A stretch of 64,000 nucleotides of DNA from positions 153,959-217,958 of the forward strand of contig JAYRYJ010000003.1 in NCBI GenBank assembly GCA_041917055.1, given 5' to 3'. Shown one piece after another: positions 50,395 to 61,380 of the stretch. Both the position numbers and the translations under genes were made by a program. The notes under the pieces are model-generated. The model had not been told where the DNA came from and made no database searches. It saw only the letters and a list, made by a program, of their open reading frames with translations. Numbering within the stretch: the stretch's first letter is position 1; each line of letters starts with the position of its first letter. The stretch comes from Hyphomonadaceae bacterium (lineage in GTDB: Bacteria; Pseudomonadota; Alphaproteobacteria; Caulobacterales; Aquidulcibacteraceae).

Positions 50395-50521
50395 AACGCT
50401 TTATGTCCGGGATTTGTCGCCAAAATATGGCACAAATGTCAATTTATTTGCAATGGTTTTGCAACAGTAGCTATGGACTAAAGGTATTCTATTAATCTAT
50501 TATAAATTCGAAGTCTAAACC

Positions 50522-51145
50522 ATGCCGCAGCAAACCAAAACCAGTAAAACCGCGATGAATTTTTCGCCAAAACTCAAAAAGACCGTCGCTTTGGTCGGGC
50601 TAATGGGTGCAGGCAAATCGACTGTCGGGCGCAGGCTTGCCAATGCTTTGGGCGTCAAATTTTGTGACGCCGATGATGAAATTGTAATTGCAGCGGGAAG
50701 ACCAATTCCCGATATTTTTGCCGAACGCGGTGAAGAAGAATTTCGTGCCGGTGAAAGACGCGTGATTGCACGGCTTTTGGACGGCGAACCTCATATTTTG
50801 GCAACAGGTGGCGGGGCATTTATGAACCCTTTGACCAGAATTTTGATGCGTGAAAAAGCGGCGACAATTTGGTTGAGGGCGGATTTAGAGACCCTTTTAC
50901 ACCGCGTAGCACGCCGCAATGATCGTCCGCTTTTACAAAACACCGATCAAAGAAAAACCATGGAAAAACTTATTTCCATTCGCTACCCGATATATAAACA
51001 GGCCGATATTATTGTCGATTCCATGGATGGGCCGCATCAATTAACAGTTAATAATGTCATTCGCGCATTGCATAAAAATGATATTATCGAGGGTGTCGGC
51101 GATAATATTGACGAATTTATTAGCCTTTTCGCGACGAAGGATTGA
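50522..51145 (+). CDS. aroK: Shikimate kinase
   Basis: Walker A GLMGAGKSTVGRRLA, ~200 aa. Adjacent to aroB. Confidence 0.85.
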   Translation: MPQQTKTSKTAMNFSPKLKKTVALVGLMGAGKSTVGRRLANALGVKFCDADDEIVIAAGRPIPDIFAERGEEEFRAGERRVIARLLDGEPHILATGGGAFMNPLTRILMREKAATIWLRADLETLLHRVARRNDRPLLQNTDQRKTMEKLISIRYPIYKQADIIVDSMDGPHQLTVNNVIRALHKNDIIEGVGDNIDEFISLFATKD

Positions 51146-52254
51146 TGATGGACATTATTAATATCAATCTTGGCAATCGCAAATATGACATAAAACTTGG
51201 CAAAGGCCTTTTGCAATTTGGCGCAAGTGAAATCGCGCCATTCTTGGGGCGCAATAAAGTCCATATTATTGCAGACGACAAAGCATATTCAATGCATGGA
51301 AGCCAATTCCACGAAAGCCTTAATCACGCAAAAATAGCGACAAATTTGATTATTGTTTCGGGCGGCGAAAAAACCAAAAGTTTTGCGGTTTTCGAAAACG
51401 TAATTGAAAATCTATTACAAAATGGCACTGAGCGCGGTGATTTGATTATTGCCTTTGGCGGCGGCGTTGTTGGGGATTTAACCGGGTTTGTTGCGGGTGT
51501 GGTCAATAGGGGCATAGATTTCATTCAAATCCCCACCACACTTTTATCACAAGTCGATTCATCTGTTGGCGGCAAAACCGCAATTAACGCAAAGGCGGGT
51601 AAAAACCTTGTTGGCGTTTTTCATCAGCCGCGATTAGTTCTTATTGATACGCAAGTTTTGGACACTTTGGACAGGCGCGATATATTGGCGGGCTTTGCCG
51701 AAATATTCAAAATTGGTCTGATTAATGATGCCGAGTTCTTTGAATATTGCGAAACCCACTTCGCAAAAATTATCAATGAAAACCAAGACGAACGCCATTA
51801 TGCAATCAAAAAAGCCGTCGAAGCCAAAGCAAAAATCGTTATTGAAGACGAGACCGAAAAAGGCGTGCGCGCTTTATTAAACCTTGGTCATACTTTCGCC
51901 CATGCAATTGAGGCGGCGGTCGAATATGATGAAACCAAATGGCGACATGGTGAGGCGGTTGCCAATGGCATTTATTTAGCCGCACGATATTCAATGCGAA
52001 TTGGCATTTTGGCGGCGGCGGTTTGCGAAAGGATTTGCGACTTCATTAAAAATTGTGGCTATAAAACCGGGATTGATAATTCGTTTGACGCGACACATAT
52101 GATTGAAACTATGTTAAAGGACAAAAAGGCATCAAATAGCCAAATCAATCTTATTCTTTTGAAAGACATTGGCGCGGCCTATATTCATAAAAATGCTGAT
52201 GCTGAAGATTTGAAGGCGTTTTTACAAAGCGAAATCGAATTAGGTTTGAATTGA
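51142..52254 (+). CDS. aroB: 3-dehydroquinate synthase
   Basis: GGGVVGDLTGFVA, …HTFAHAIE… motifs. 370 aa. Confidence 0.85.
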   Translation: MMMDIININLGNRKYDIKLGKGLLQFGASEIAPFLGRNKVHIIADDKAYSMHGSQFHESLNHAKIATNLIIVSGGEKTKSFAVFENVIENLLQNGTERGDLIIAFGGGVVGDLTGFVAGVVNRGIDFIQIPTTLLSQVDSSVGGKTAINAKAGKNLVGVFHQPRLVLIDTQVLDTLDRRDILAGFAEIFKIGLINDAEFFEYCETHFAKIINENQDERHYAIKKAVEAKAKIVIEDETEKGVRALLNLGHTFAHAIEAAVEYDETKWRHGEAVANGIYLAARYSMRIGILAAAVCERICDFIKNCGYKTGIDNSFDATHMIETMLKDKKASNSQINLILLKDIGAAYIHKNADAEDLKAFLQSEIELGLN

Positions 52255-53534
52255 TGGACGGACTTTTAATCACTTTTTCGATTGTTATGGTCTTAATTGC
52301 CCTTAATGCGTTTTTTTCATTGGCGGAAACGGCATTGACCGCCGCGTCACGGGCGAAAATGGCGACCCTCGAAAAAGAAGGGGACACCAAGGCCGCGCGC
52401 GTAAACCAATTATTGGAAGAACGCGCCGAAATGATTGGTGCAATTCTTTTGGGTTCAAACCTTGTTACAATCGGTGCATCGGCTATTTCAACCGCAATTT
52501 TGACCAAGACTTATGGCCCTGCGGGGGCGGCAATTTCAACCCTTATCCTCACGCCCTTGCTTCTGATTTTTGGGGAAATATTACCAAAGTCCATGGCAAT
52601 CAATGGTGCAGACGATATAGCGCGCGGTGTCTCATTTCCAGTGCGCATTATGGTGAAAATCCTTGCCCCTATCATGTGGGTTATCACCGGTCTTGTTAGT
52701 CTTTTGATGAAAATTATGGGGATTCAAGGCGAAGTTTACACCACAGAACAGGCGCTTGCCGAAATTCGTGGCGCAGTGGAATTGGGCCGTCAATCGGGCC
52801 ATATCGAAAAAGAAGACCAGGCGCGTTTGGGCGGTATCTTGGATTTGCAGGAATTAGATGTCTCCGACATTATGGTGCATCGCAAAAATATGAAGACTCT
52901 TGATATTTCGCTACCGCCGCGTGAAATATTGAACCAAATTATTTCAACCCCGCATTCGAGAATTCCTTTATATCAAGATGAGGCGGAGAATATCGTCGGG
53001 GTTTTGCACACCAAGGATTTATTGCGCGCACTTGCCGATAATGACGGTGATGTTGAAAAAATTTCGATTGACGCAATAATGAAGAAACCGTGGTTTGTGC
53101 CGGATACCACAACATTAAAAGAACAATTGGAAGAATTCCTAAAACAAAGAAACCATTTCGCGATTGTGGTCGATGAATATGGTGTTTTGCAAGGTCTCGT
53201 GACGCTTGAAGACGTCTTAGAAGAAATCGTTGGTGAAATTGTTGACGAGCATGATATTGCCAAGCAAGGCATAAGGCCACAAGCAGATGGTTCAATTAAT
53301 GTCGATGGTTGGGTTCCAATTCGTGACGTAAATCGCCACATGGATTGGGAATTGCCGGATGAAGACGCGGTTACAGTGGCAGGATTAGTTCTGCATGAAG
53401 CGCAAACGATTCCCAATATTGGCCAAAGTTTTTCGTTTCACGGTTTTAGATTTGTAATCCTGCGCCGCCAAAGAAACCAAATAATGGCGATAAGAATTAT
53501 TCCCGAACCAAAGAATGAAAGCGATGAGGATTGA
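52254..53534 (+). CDS. HlyC/CorC-family transporter (DUF21 + CBS pair + CorC_HlyC)
   Basis: N-terminal 4-TM DUF21, two CBS domains, C-terminal transporter-associated domain. Confidence 0.8.
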   Translation: MDGLLITFSIVMVLIALNAFFSLAETALTAASRAKMATLEKEGDTKAARVNQLLEERAEMIGAILLGSNLVTIGASAISTAILTKTYGPAGAAISTLILTPLLLIFGEILPKSMAINGADDIARGVSFPVRIMVKILAPIMWVITGLVSLLMKIMGIQGEVYTTEQALAEIRGAVELGRQSGHIEKEDQARLGGILDLQELDVSDIMVHRKNMKTLDISLPPREILNQIISTPHSRIPLYQDEAENIVGVLHTKDLLRALADNDGDVEKISIDAIMKKPWFVPDTTTLKEQLEEFLKQRNHFAIVVDEYGVLQGLVTLEDVLEEIVGEIVDEHDIAKQGIRPQADGSINVDGWVPIRDVNRHMDWELPDEDAVTVAGLVLHEAQTIPNIGQSFSFHGFRFVILRRQRNQIMAIRIIPEPKNESDED

Positions 53535-54117
53535 GTTTGACGAACTTTTCACGGGCAAAGATATGCGTATGGCAAATGGCGCAATTGAGGCCCTTGATAT
53601 CTGTCTTACAAATCCCGAACGCATAAGTGAATTGATTGAATTGATACGAACAGGCACACCTAAACACAAAATGTGTGCTGCCGATGCGTTGGAAAAAATA
53701 AGCGCCCAGTCGCCGCAATTATTGGATAGGTTCAATCTCGAATTGCTCGAAATTTCGAAAATTGAAACTCAACAAGAAGTTAGATGGCATATTGCGCAAA
53801 TTGCACCGCGCCTGACTTTTGGTGAAATTGAGGCGCGTGAATGGGTGGCGGTTTTCAAATCCTATCTCAAAGACAAAAGCCGAATTGTCGTAACTTTTGC
53901 CATGAATGCGATTTGGGAAATCTCCAAAAAACACAATTTACCCGGCGCGCGCGAAATTGTTGAAGAATTGGCAACAAATGGCGCACCGAGTGTAAGGGTG
54001 CGGGCCAGAAAGATTCTAAATTCTAATAAATCGCGGGCGTATCCAATTTCAAAGCCATCGCATGTACGACTTTCATTTCGTCGCTTAATAAGTCCAAAAC
54101 CATTCTTTGGCGATTAA
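53515..54117 (+). CDS. Hypothetical helical-repeat protein (possibly DNA alkylation repair AlkD-like HEAT fold)
   Basis: 200 aa all-alpha. Assignment weak. Confidence 0.3.
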   Translation: MKAMRIEFDELFTGKDMRMANGAIEALDICLTNPERISELIELIRTGTPKHKMCAADALEKISAQSPQLLDRFNLELLEISKIETQQEVRWHIAQIAPRLTFGEIEAREWVAVFKSYLKDKSRIVVTFAMNAIWEISKKHNLPGAREIVEELATNGAPSVRVRARKILNSNKSRAYPISKPSHVRLSFRRLISPKPFFGD

Positions 54118-54340
54118 GCCTTGAAACGCCTGCGAATTTTTCTGAAATAATGCGCACACTAAAATGGCTTTCGGCGGGGCCTTCATATCCCTCGCCCATT
54201 TTTTCAAAAAATTCGCGAACGCCGCCGTGTGTTGAATGGCCCGCACTATCATTGACAATTTCCAATAAAATTGGTTGAAGGGCGTCTTCTAGTTTTTGCC
54301 TTATTTTGGCTTCTATCGGTCCCAAAATTTGCTCCCACAC
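54023..54340 (-). CDS. BolA-family protein
   Basis: …HSTHGGVREF…SHFSVRIISEKFAGVSRLNRQRMVL… is the BolA signature. Confidence 0.7.
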   Translation of the reverse strand: MWEQILGPIEAKIRQKLEDALQPILLEIVNDSAGHSTHGGVREFFEKMGEGYEGPAESHFSVRIISEKFAGVSRLNRQRMVLDLLSDEMKVVHAMALKLDTPAIY

Positions 54341-54376
54341 TTGTTAAATTGATAAAACAGCACCATAATATTAAAT

Positions 54377-55000
54377 ATGTCAGATTCCTATTCTTACCGT
54401 CCAAAATTCACTGATATTCGCATTCGTAAGCCAATGAAATTATCGGCTGCCAAGGAAGAACCAAAGCCTTGTGAGTGGGAAGGTTGCGTTGCCGACGGCA
54501 AATGCAAAGCACCAAAATCGCGTGATAACCCGGGCGAATTTCATTGGTTCTGCGAAAAACACGCCGCCGAATACAATAAAAACTGGAATTTCTTTGAAGG
54601 TATGAGCGATGGTGAACAACGCGCTTTCCAAGATGCCGCAAAACATGGTCATAGGCCGACCTGGAATTTTGGCGCAAAAGGCGGTTCGCGTGAAAGTGCG
54701 ACCATAACCCGCAATAATCGCTTTGGTGCAAAAAGTTCAGAGACCTATCACGAACGCCGCACCCGCGCGCGCCGCCAATATGCCGCTGAAGCGTCTTATG
54801 CAGCCTCCGAACCCATTAAAAAAGCCTATGAGGAAATGGATTTGAACGTGAAAGCAACGCCACAAGAAGTTCGTGCCAAATATGCCGAATTAGTGCGCCG
54901 CTATCACCCGGATTCCAACGGCGGCGACAGATCGGCAGAGGCGAGATTAAGTTCAGTGGTCAAAGCCTATAAAGTTCTAAAAACCGCGAAACGGGCGTGA
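54377..55000 (+). CDS. J-domain-containing protein
   Basis: C-terminal J domain with HPD (…YAELVRRYHPDSNGGD…KAYKVLK). Confidence 0.6.
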   Translation: MSDSYSYRPKFTDIRIRKPMKLSAAKEEPKPCEWEGCVADGKCKAPKSRDNPGEFHWFCEKHAAEYNKNWNFFEGMSDGEQRAFQDAAKHGHRPTWNFGAKGGSRESATITRNNRFGAKSSETYHERRTRARRQYAAEASYAASEPIKKAYEEMDLNVKATPQEVRAKYAELVRRYHPDSNGGDRSAEARLSSVVKAYKVLKTAKRA

Positions 55001-55012
55001 GGAATTAGTCCT

Positions 55013-56050
55013 CTAACAAATTCGCGGTAATTGCTCACCGACCAACATATCAATAACGCGCGCGCCGCCGAATGCGGTTTTCATTTCGACATGGCCTTTG
55101 TCGTGCGCTTTTACTTCGCCAATGACGCATGAATTTTCGCCAAATTCGCATTGGCGCATTGCCGCGACCACTGCATCGGCATCTTCGCGCGGAACAAAAA
55201 GCACCAAAGTTCCTTCATTGGCAAGATAAAGCGGATCGAAACCCAAAATTTCGCAAAACCCACGAATTTCGGGTTTTAATGGCAATGTGCCTTCGTCCAA
55301 AGTGATGCGGGTTTTTGAATGTTCGGCAATTTCATTTAAAGCCGATGCCAAACCACCACGCGTTAAATCACGCGCGCAACGCACATTTTTTGACGCGCCC
55401 ATGGCAGCAGCCATAATTTCATGCAAAGGCGCACAATCGGATTTTATTTCGCCTTCAAGCATTAAATCACCGCGCGCCTGTAAAATCGCCGCGCCATGAT
55501 GACCAAGAAATCCATTCACAATCGCGACATCACCTTCGCGCACATTTTTTGCGGCTAAATCAATGCCTTGCGGAATAAGGCCAACGCCCGAAGTGGTTAT
55601 GAAAACTTTATCAGCCGCGCCGCGCGCCACCACTTTGGTGTCGCCGGTAACAATATTGACACCCGCGCGCACTGCTGCAGCTTTCATTGAGGCAGCGATT
55701 TTACGAAGGGTTTCGGTTTCCAAGCCTTCTTCAATAATAAAGCTTGCGGAAAGCCATTTTGGAATGGCCCCGCCGACCACCAAATCGTTCACTGCGCCAT
55801 AAACCGCCAATTTGCCAATATCGCCACCATTGAAAAACAAAGGATCGACAACAAAACCGTCTGAAGTAAATGCCAAGCGTGCACCAATTAATTCGTGCGG
55901 GATTTCCAATCGCGCTTGATCTTCCATATCGCCGGTTTCATTGGTGAAAAATTCGCGCACAAAGACATCTTCAATTAAATCGCGCATCGCTTTGCCACCG
56001 CCGCCATGCGCAAGCGTGACGATTTTGGCATTGGTCTTATGAAAATTCAT
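55013..56050 (-). CDS. hypE: [NiFe]-hydrogenase maturation protein HypE
   Basis: AIR-synthase-related fold. N-terminus MNFHKTNAKIVTLAHGGGGKAMRDLIE. 345 aa. Confidence 0.85.
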   Translation of the reverse strand: MNFHKTNAKIVTLAHGGGGKAMRDLIEDVFVREFFTNETGDMEDQARLEIPHELIGARLAFTSDGFVVDPLFFNGGDIGKLAVYGAVNDLVVGGAIPKWLSASFIIEEGLETETLRKIAASMKAAAVRAGVNIVTGDTKVVARGAADKVFITTSGVGLIPQGIDLAAKNVREGDVAIVNGFLGHHGAAILQARGDLMLEGEIKSDCAPLHEIMAAAMGASKNVRCARDLTRGGLASALNEIAEHSKTRITLDEGTLPLKPEIRGFCEILGFDPLYLANEGTLVLFVPREDADAVVAAMRQCEFGENSCVIGEVKAHDKGHVEMKTAFGGARVIDMLVGEQLPRIC

Positions 56051-57198
56051 TGCGCCGCCTCATTCCTTCTGCCGCCATATTGGTAATATGCCGCGCACGC
56101 GCCTTCTGAAGATACCATCAGAGCACCAAGTGGGTTTTCTGGCGTGCATTCAATACCGAATTTCGGGCAATGAACGGGTTTTAAGACGCCTTTGATAACT
56201 TCGCCACACAAAAGACCCGCAGGTTCGCGCCCCGCGCCTTTTCCTGCGCCATAACCGACTTTGAATTTGATTTCGGCATCAAATTCAGCATATTCGTCAC
56301 GAATGCGCACACCTGATGAATCAATTTCACCGAGGCCGCGCCAATCAAAAGTCGGGCGCGGTTCATAGATTTCATTTACCGCCGCCATCGCATTGTCATT
56401 GCCATTTTCCGGCACAACCCGACCATATTGATTGCCTATTTCAGCGCGTCCATCACGGATTTGTTCCAAAACCATTGCGACGGCTTGCAATAAATCGGTT
56501 GGTTCAAAACCTGCAATTACCACCGGCTTGTGAAACTCTTGCGCAACAAAATCATAAGGCTTTGTGCCAATCACCATTGAAACATGCCCGGGGCCGACAA
56601 AGCCATCAAGAACAACATTCTTATCACTTAAAAGTGCGCGAATGGGAGGTGGCACAAGAACGTGATTACAAAACATTGTGAAATTTTTCACATTATCCTT
56701 TTTCGCGCGTTTAATGGTCAATGCAGTGGGCGGCATTGTGGTTTCAAACCCAAGGCCAAAGAAAACCACGTCTTTATCGGGGTTTTGTTTGGCAATCGCC
56801 AAAGCGTCCAAAGGCGAATAGACCATGCGAATATCCGCGCCTTCGGCCTTTGCCTGTAAAAGCGATTTTTTGGTGCCGGGAACGCGCATGGCATCACCAA
56901 AAGTGCAGAAAATCACATTTTCTTTTTCGGCGATTTCAACGCAATCATCAACCCTGCTCATGGGCAAGACACAGACCGGGCAACCGGGGCCATGAATGAA
57001 TTCAAGGTTTTTAGGTACAAGTCTATCAAGCCCATAGCGGAAAATTGCATGCGTATGACCGCCGCAAATTTCCATTATATAAATCGGTTCTTTGGCTTTT
57101 TCGGGGATTTTTTCGGCAATTTCGGCGCATAAAACTTCAATGCGCGCCAATAGAGATTTAACCAATGCGGGGTCACGAAATTCGTCCATAAATCTCAT
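56047..57198 (-). CDS. hypD: [NiFe]-hydrogenase maturation protein HypD
   Basis: CGxH / GPGCPVC / FETT motifs (ICGGHTHAI; GPGCPVCVLP). 383 aa. Confidence 0.85.
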   Translation of the reverse strand: MRFMDEFRDPALVKSLLARIEVLCAEIAEKIPEKAKEPIYIMEICGGHTHAIFRYGLDRLVPKNLEFIHGPGCPVCVLPMSRVDDCVEIAEKENVIFCTFGDAMRVPGTKKSLLQAKAEGADIRMVYSPLDALAIAKQNPDKDVVFFGLGFETTMPPTALTIKRAKKDNVKNFTMFCNHVLVPPPIRALLSDKNVVLDGFVGPGHVSMVIGTKPYDFVAQEFHKPVVIAGFEPTDLLQAVAMVLEQIRDGRAEIGNQYGRVVPENGNDNAMAAVNEIYEPRPTFDWRGLGEIDSSGVRIRDEYAEFDAEIKFKVGYGAGKGAGREPAGLLCGEVIKGVLKPVHCPKFGIECTPENPLGALMVSSEGACAAYYQYGGRRNEAAQ

Positions 57199-57476
57199 GG
57201 CATTAATTCCTTAGAACGCTCAATTGCCGCCATTTCTTCATGTGCTTCATCGAGCCCTTCGAGCGCTTTTAAGGTGGCGTGTGCCTCTTCCTCATCAATC
57301 ACGCTCATTGCGAAACCGACATGAACCAAAACCCATTTGCCGACTAAATCATCAAGATTTTCACCCGCGACACAGGCCAAATCGACAATGCGCGAAACAC
57401 CCGAAAAATTCACACGCCCTAAAAGCGCTTCTTTATCAGTTATGGCGGTAATTTGCCCCGGTAATCCTAGACACAT
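57195..57476 (-). CDS. hypC: [NiFe]-hydrogenase maturation chaperone HypC
   Basis: Starts MCLGLPGQI (essential N-terminal Cys2). 93 aa. Confidence 0.75.
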   Translation of the reverse strand: MCLGLPGQITAITDKEALLGRVNFSGVSRIVDLACVAGENLDDLVGKWVLVHVGFAMSVIDEEEAHATLKALEGLDEAHEEMAAIERSKELMP

Positions 57477-57589
57477 TCTGATTTCCCCATCCACCTATTT
57501 ATTACTACTCTTCGCCTTATCCAAAAAGTCTGCAACTTTTTGGGGCTCATCGGCACGGTCCCCCTTCCCCGTGAACGGGGAAGGATTAA

Positions 57590-58519
57590 TTACATAGCAC
57601 TTTTTAATGCCGCGATTTTTGCTTCTTGGGCATTGATTGCTTCGTTCAAAATCTCTTCGCGCATTGAATTTATTTTTGATAACCAAACATCAAATCCTTC
57701 GCGGGTTTTTGCGCTTATTTTTATGATTTCAATATTTGGATTTATGCGTTTGGCGTTTTCTTCACACGCCGCAATATCAAAATCGAGATATGGCGCGAGG
57801 TCGACTTTATTTAAAAGTAAAACCGAAGAAGCAGCAAACATATCCGGATATTTCAAAGGTTTATCTTCACCCTCTGTAATCGATAAAACCGCAATTTTGC
57901 ATTTTTCACCCAAATCAAAGGCAGCGGGGCACACCAAATTGCCGACATTTTCAATAAAACATACCGCACCACTTTCAAGCGCCAAATGTTCCAAGGCATG
58001 ACCGACCATATGTCCATCAAGATGGCAACCTTTTCCGGTATTGACCTGAATTGCCTTCACACCGGTTTCCCTAATACGATCGGCATCGTTTGATGTCTGT
58101 TGGTCGCCTTCAATAACCGCCATTTGGAATTTGTCGCCAAGGGCCTTTATGGTTTCAACCAATAAAGTGGTTTTGCCCGACCCCGGACTTGAAACCAAAT
58201 TAAGCGCCAAAATGCCCTTTTCGGCAAAGAAATCACGGTTTTGATTGGCATAGGCATCATTTTTGGAAAGAATATTTTCTTCAATCTCAATCATGCGCGC
58301 TTGCGATAGCCCAGGGGCATGGGCGCGCGCAGGACCCGCCCCATAATCAAGATTATCACCATGATGATGGTGACCCTCATGGTCGTGGTGATGTCCATCG
58401 TGATCATGATGATGGTCATGGTCATGGTGATGACCATCATGATCGTGGTCGTGATGGTGGGAATGTTTCCCGCCTTCAATCTTGGCACCATCACCGGAAC
58501 AACCGCATACTGTGCACAT
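57590..58519 (-). CDS. hypB: [NiFe]-hydrogenase nickel-incorporation GTPase HypB with His-rich N-terminus
   Basis: His-rich stretch ([37 protein letters not shown]). GTPase motifs [10 protein letters not shown]…. Confidence 0.85.
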   Translation of the reverse strand: MCTVCGCSGDGAKIEGGKHSHHHDHDHDGHHHDHDHHHDHDGHHHDHEGHHHHGDNLDYGAGPARAHAPGLSQARMIEIEENILSKNDAYANQNRDFFAEKGILALNLVSSPGSGKTTLLVETIKALGDKFQMAVIEGDQQTSNDADRIRETGVKAIQVNTGKGCHLDGHMVGHALEHLALESGAVCFIENVGNLVCPAAFDLGEKCKIAVLSITEGEDKPLKYPDMFAASSVLLLNKVDLAPYLDFDIAACEENAKRINPNIEIIKISAKTREGFDVWLSKINSMREEILNEAINAQEAKIAALKSAM

Positions 58520-58860
58520 TATTCAATCTCCAAAGTTTTTATTCTTAAGGCGTCGCCGCCTGAAACCATTAATCTTACACTATTGCATTTTGGGCATTCG
58601 GCAAGTCGTGATGTGATTTCAAACACATTTCCGCATTCAAAACAATTCGCCGTTCCGTTTTCATCTATAATATCAAGGCGCGCACCTTCGGCAATTGTGT
58701 TTTTTGTAACCGCATCAAAACAAAAGCGCAAAGCCTCATTTTCAACACCAGCAAAACAACCGATTTCAAGCGAAACTTGTGTCACTTTCTTTGCGCCTTC
58801 GCGCGCGGCAATATCCTCAAGGCTTTGAATGACACTTTCACAAATCGACATTTCATGCAT
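58519..58860 (-). CDS. hypA: [NiFe]-hydrogenase nickel-insertion protein HypA
   Basis: [10 protein letters not shown]… with CxxC…CxxC zinc site (CFECG…CPKC). Confidence 0.8.
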   Translation of the reverse strand: MHEMSICESVIQSLEDIAAREGAKKVTQVSLEIGCFAGVENEALRFCFDAVTKNTIAEGARLDIIDENGTANCFECGNVFEITSRLAECPKCNSVRLMVSGGDALRIKTLEIE

Positions 58861-59740
58861 TGGCCTGCCCCCATTCGATTTGGGTTTCAATACACGGGTC
58901 AAAGGTCGCCAAAGTAAGTGCGAACGCCGCTTTCGCATCATTCGTTTTCAAAGCCTGTCCGAGCGCGTTCGCCAAAGTTTTGCCCGCACCCAAAATCGTG
59001 TTTGTCGGAGTTGTGATTTGGCAATTTGAGACTTTGTCATTTTCAAACTCATAAAAATGGCGCAATTCGCCGCGCGCCGCCCAAACCCAAGCGCCTTTAT
59101 GATCAATGCCAAACATTGTTGGAAAGGCATTGCTTTTTAATGCCAAAATCAAATTGGCAATTTCCCACAAGCGCGCCCAAAAACGTGATAAAATATGATC
59201 ATAAGCGCCGACAAATGGATTATCACCAAAAGCATTGGCACGTGCGTAATATGTCGGGTCATTACCGTTCGCTAATTCAATCACTTCGGTCTCAATCTGC
59301 CCGATTTTTTCCAGAAGCGTCAGTGCGAATGCGCCATCGCCCATTTCATGCGGCGTTGTCAAAAAACCGTGTGCCGGCATTTGAAACAAAGCATTTTCGA
59401 TTTTCTCAAGACGCGCGACGTCCAAATTATGAATACCAATCAAAGCGTCGCGCGCGATTTCCAGACCAAAACCCAATGGCAAATCACGAAAAATCACCAT
59501 TAAATGTTCACGCAATATCTCTTGCGCCAGCAACGTATTGGCGCCTTCCCCGATAGTTTCGCCCATTGCCAAGCAGGCCGCAGTTTTGTGTGCGGTGGGG
59601 CAAAGATTGAATATCAATGGCAAAAGCCGCAAAACTTCGTCTTTAGATTTCCCTAATAAAATTAGGGATTTATCGAGGAATTTTGGCAATTCAAGGGAAA
59701 CGCTTTGGTCTTTAATATTTATTTTAAGCGCGTTTTGCAT
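58853..59740 (-). CDS. Hydrogenase accessory protein, HupK/HoxV-like (large-subunit-like scaffold)
   Basis: Position between hupI/J-like gene and hypA as in Rhizobium hup clusters. C-terminal …FDPCIE… remnant of the large-subunit DPC motif. Confidence 0.4.
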   Translation of the reverse strand: MQNALKINIKDQSVSLELPKFLDKSLILLGKSKDEVLRLLPLIFNLCPTAHKTAACLAMGETIGEGANTLLAQEILREHLMVIFRDLPLGFGLEIARDALIGIHNLDVARLEKIENALFQMPAHGFLTTPHEMGDGAFALTLLEKIGQIETEVIELANGNDPTYYARANAFGDNPFVGAYDHILSRFWARLWEIANLILALKSNAFPTMFGIDHKGAWVWAARGELRHFYEFENDKVSNCQITTPTNTILGAGKTLANALGQALKTNDAKAAFALTLATFDPCIETQIEWGQANA

Positions 59741-59772
59741 GCCTTTAATTGTGGCCTTATATTAGAAACTTC

Positions 59773-60555
59773 TTATACATTGCCCGAACCGGTAAATAAA
59801 GCGCGACGTGATAACGCAGGGGGCAGTTCTTTGGCTTCTGTGATTGGTTTTTCGTCTTCACTGGTTTCGGGGGGCGCAAGTTCTTTTTCGCGCAATTCCT
59901 TTATTTCATCAGCTTTGTCATTGGCCTCGATATTATCTTTATTGAATAATTCGCCCATAATTGCACGCGCGGTTTCAATTGCCTGCAAATGAGAATTAAA
60001 TTCTTCCATTGGTGAAAACAGTGAGCAGGCAAAATACGGCCCGACACCTTCACGAGTATTGAAAATAAATTCATAATCGCCGGATGGGAAATTTATTACC
60101 CGTTTGTCACCGATTTTCAAACTGTCCCAATTATCCTTTGCACCTTTGGTGACGATAAGATTCATACACCAAGGCGTGACCAAAACCCCGATTATGCGCG
60201 CCCCATAATATTGAAAACCCACAGTTTCAACATGAATTGAACGGTTACAAAACGGCATATCTTGCATTTTGGTTTTGTGAATATCGCTGAAAACATCTTT
60301 AAAATCGTGCGCGACTTGCGCAGGTGTTAGACCCGCACCTTCGTCAATCACCATGAATTGATTTTTCTCACCATCGCAATTTGGGCAGTGCCAATCATCG
60401 GGCAATTGGGAAAACGGCGTATTGGGCGCAATTTGGCGCATTTCATCGCCTTCCTCGGGGTCATAGACGTGCCAACAGATTTTGCATTCAAGTTTCGCGT
60501 CGGGCGCAATGCGCGATGCATCACCCAAAAAAGAGCCTTCAAAACGACCGCTCAT
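59773..60555 (-). CDS. Rubredoxin-domain hydrogenase accessory protein (HupI/HupJ-like)
   Basis: N-terminal rubredoxin CKICWHVYDPEEG…LPDDWHCPNC followed by a 200-aa domain. Confidence 0.55.
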   Translation of the reverse strand: MSGRFEGSFLGDASRIAPDAKLECKICWHVYDPEEGDEMRQIAPNTPFSQLPDDWHCPNCDGEKNQFMVIDEGAGLTPAQVAHDFKDVFSDIHKTKMQDMPFCNRSIHVETVGFQYYGARIIGVLVTPWCMNLIVTKGAKDNWDSLKIGDKRVINFPSGDYEFIFNTREGVGPYFACSLFSPMEEFNSHLQAIETARAIMGELFNKDNIEANDKADEIKELREKELAPPETSEDEKPITEAKELPPALSRRALFTGSGNV

Positions 60556-61373
60556 TGCATCGCCTCTGCAATATCTTTCAGGCGCTTTTGGGTGTCTTGA
60601 ATATCTTCGGGGGCCGCCATAGCAACATCGGGAATATCAGTGATTTCGATTGTATCCAAAATTAATTGATCTTGGGAATTATAATAGCGCACCCACCAAA
60701 TATAAGGATGCGCGCATCTTTCAATGCGGCAATTGCCATAGCCGCGCGAAAGAATTGTGACGCCCCCCTTGCCCAATGCGCTTTCGAGATATGCCAAATC
60801 CTCCATAGAATGAGGCAAAAGCGTTAAATTAATTACGTATTTCTCATCACCTTTTTGCCAATGTTCGAGATTATCGACCAATTCAGTCAATAAAGATGGG
60901 GCGTTCAAAACACCGTCATTCATGGGCGGTGGCACGGGTAATGGTTTTAATGGAACATTTTGCACCGCTGTTGGAATTACGCCGATTTCGAGAGTTTCCT
61001 TCCCCTTTTCGGCAATGCGCCAAAGGCCGGTAAAAACGCTTTCTTGAATATCAAGGCGCGGGGTTTCAATCATTATTGAAACCTCCCCCTCGCCCATAGT
61101 TTCGCCAAGCGTTTTTGCATTAAATTCATCAAGATGCGAAAAATCGTATTTCCGGTTTTCACCGCTTTCATTGCAAACACCGGCAAGGCGCGACAATTCA
61201 ATCATTGAAGCGATTGTTCCCTTAATGGTTTCGGTATCTTCAACATAGGGAATTTTTGGCTCAAATGTCTGCATGCCAGATGGCATTGCGACATAATCCA
61301 ATTCTTCATCTTCGCCTTCTAAGACTTGTGAACCGGGGCCAAAACCTTTGGGCGGGAATATAAAATTTTGCAT
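60552..61373 (-). CDS. Hydrogenase expression/formation protein HupH (HyaF-like)
   Basis: 273 aa. Position in cluster after the HupG-like gene. Weak sequence recognition. Confidence 0.45.
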   Translation of the reverse strand: MQNFIFPPKGFGPGSQVLEGEDEELDYVAMPSGMQTFEPKIPYVEDTETIKGTIASMIELSRLAGVCNESGENRKYDFSHLDEFNAKTLGETMGEGEVSIMIETPRLDIQESVFTGLWRIAEKGKETLEIGVIPTAVQNVPLKPLPVPPPMNDGVLNAPSLLTELVDNLEHWQKGDEKYVINLTLLPHSMEDLAYLESALGKGGVTILSRGYGNCRIERCAHPYIWWVRYYNSQDQLILDTIEITDIPDVAMAAPEDIQDTQKRLKDIAEAMQ

Positions 61374-61380
61374 TTTAACC

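Noticed and set aside
58291-58828. His/Met-rich ORFs 58291..58494(-) and 58319..58828(+)
   Set aside because: They are alternate-frame or antisense translations of the His-rich codon run of hypB (CAT/CAC repeats), not genes
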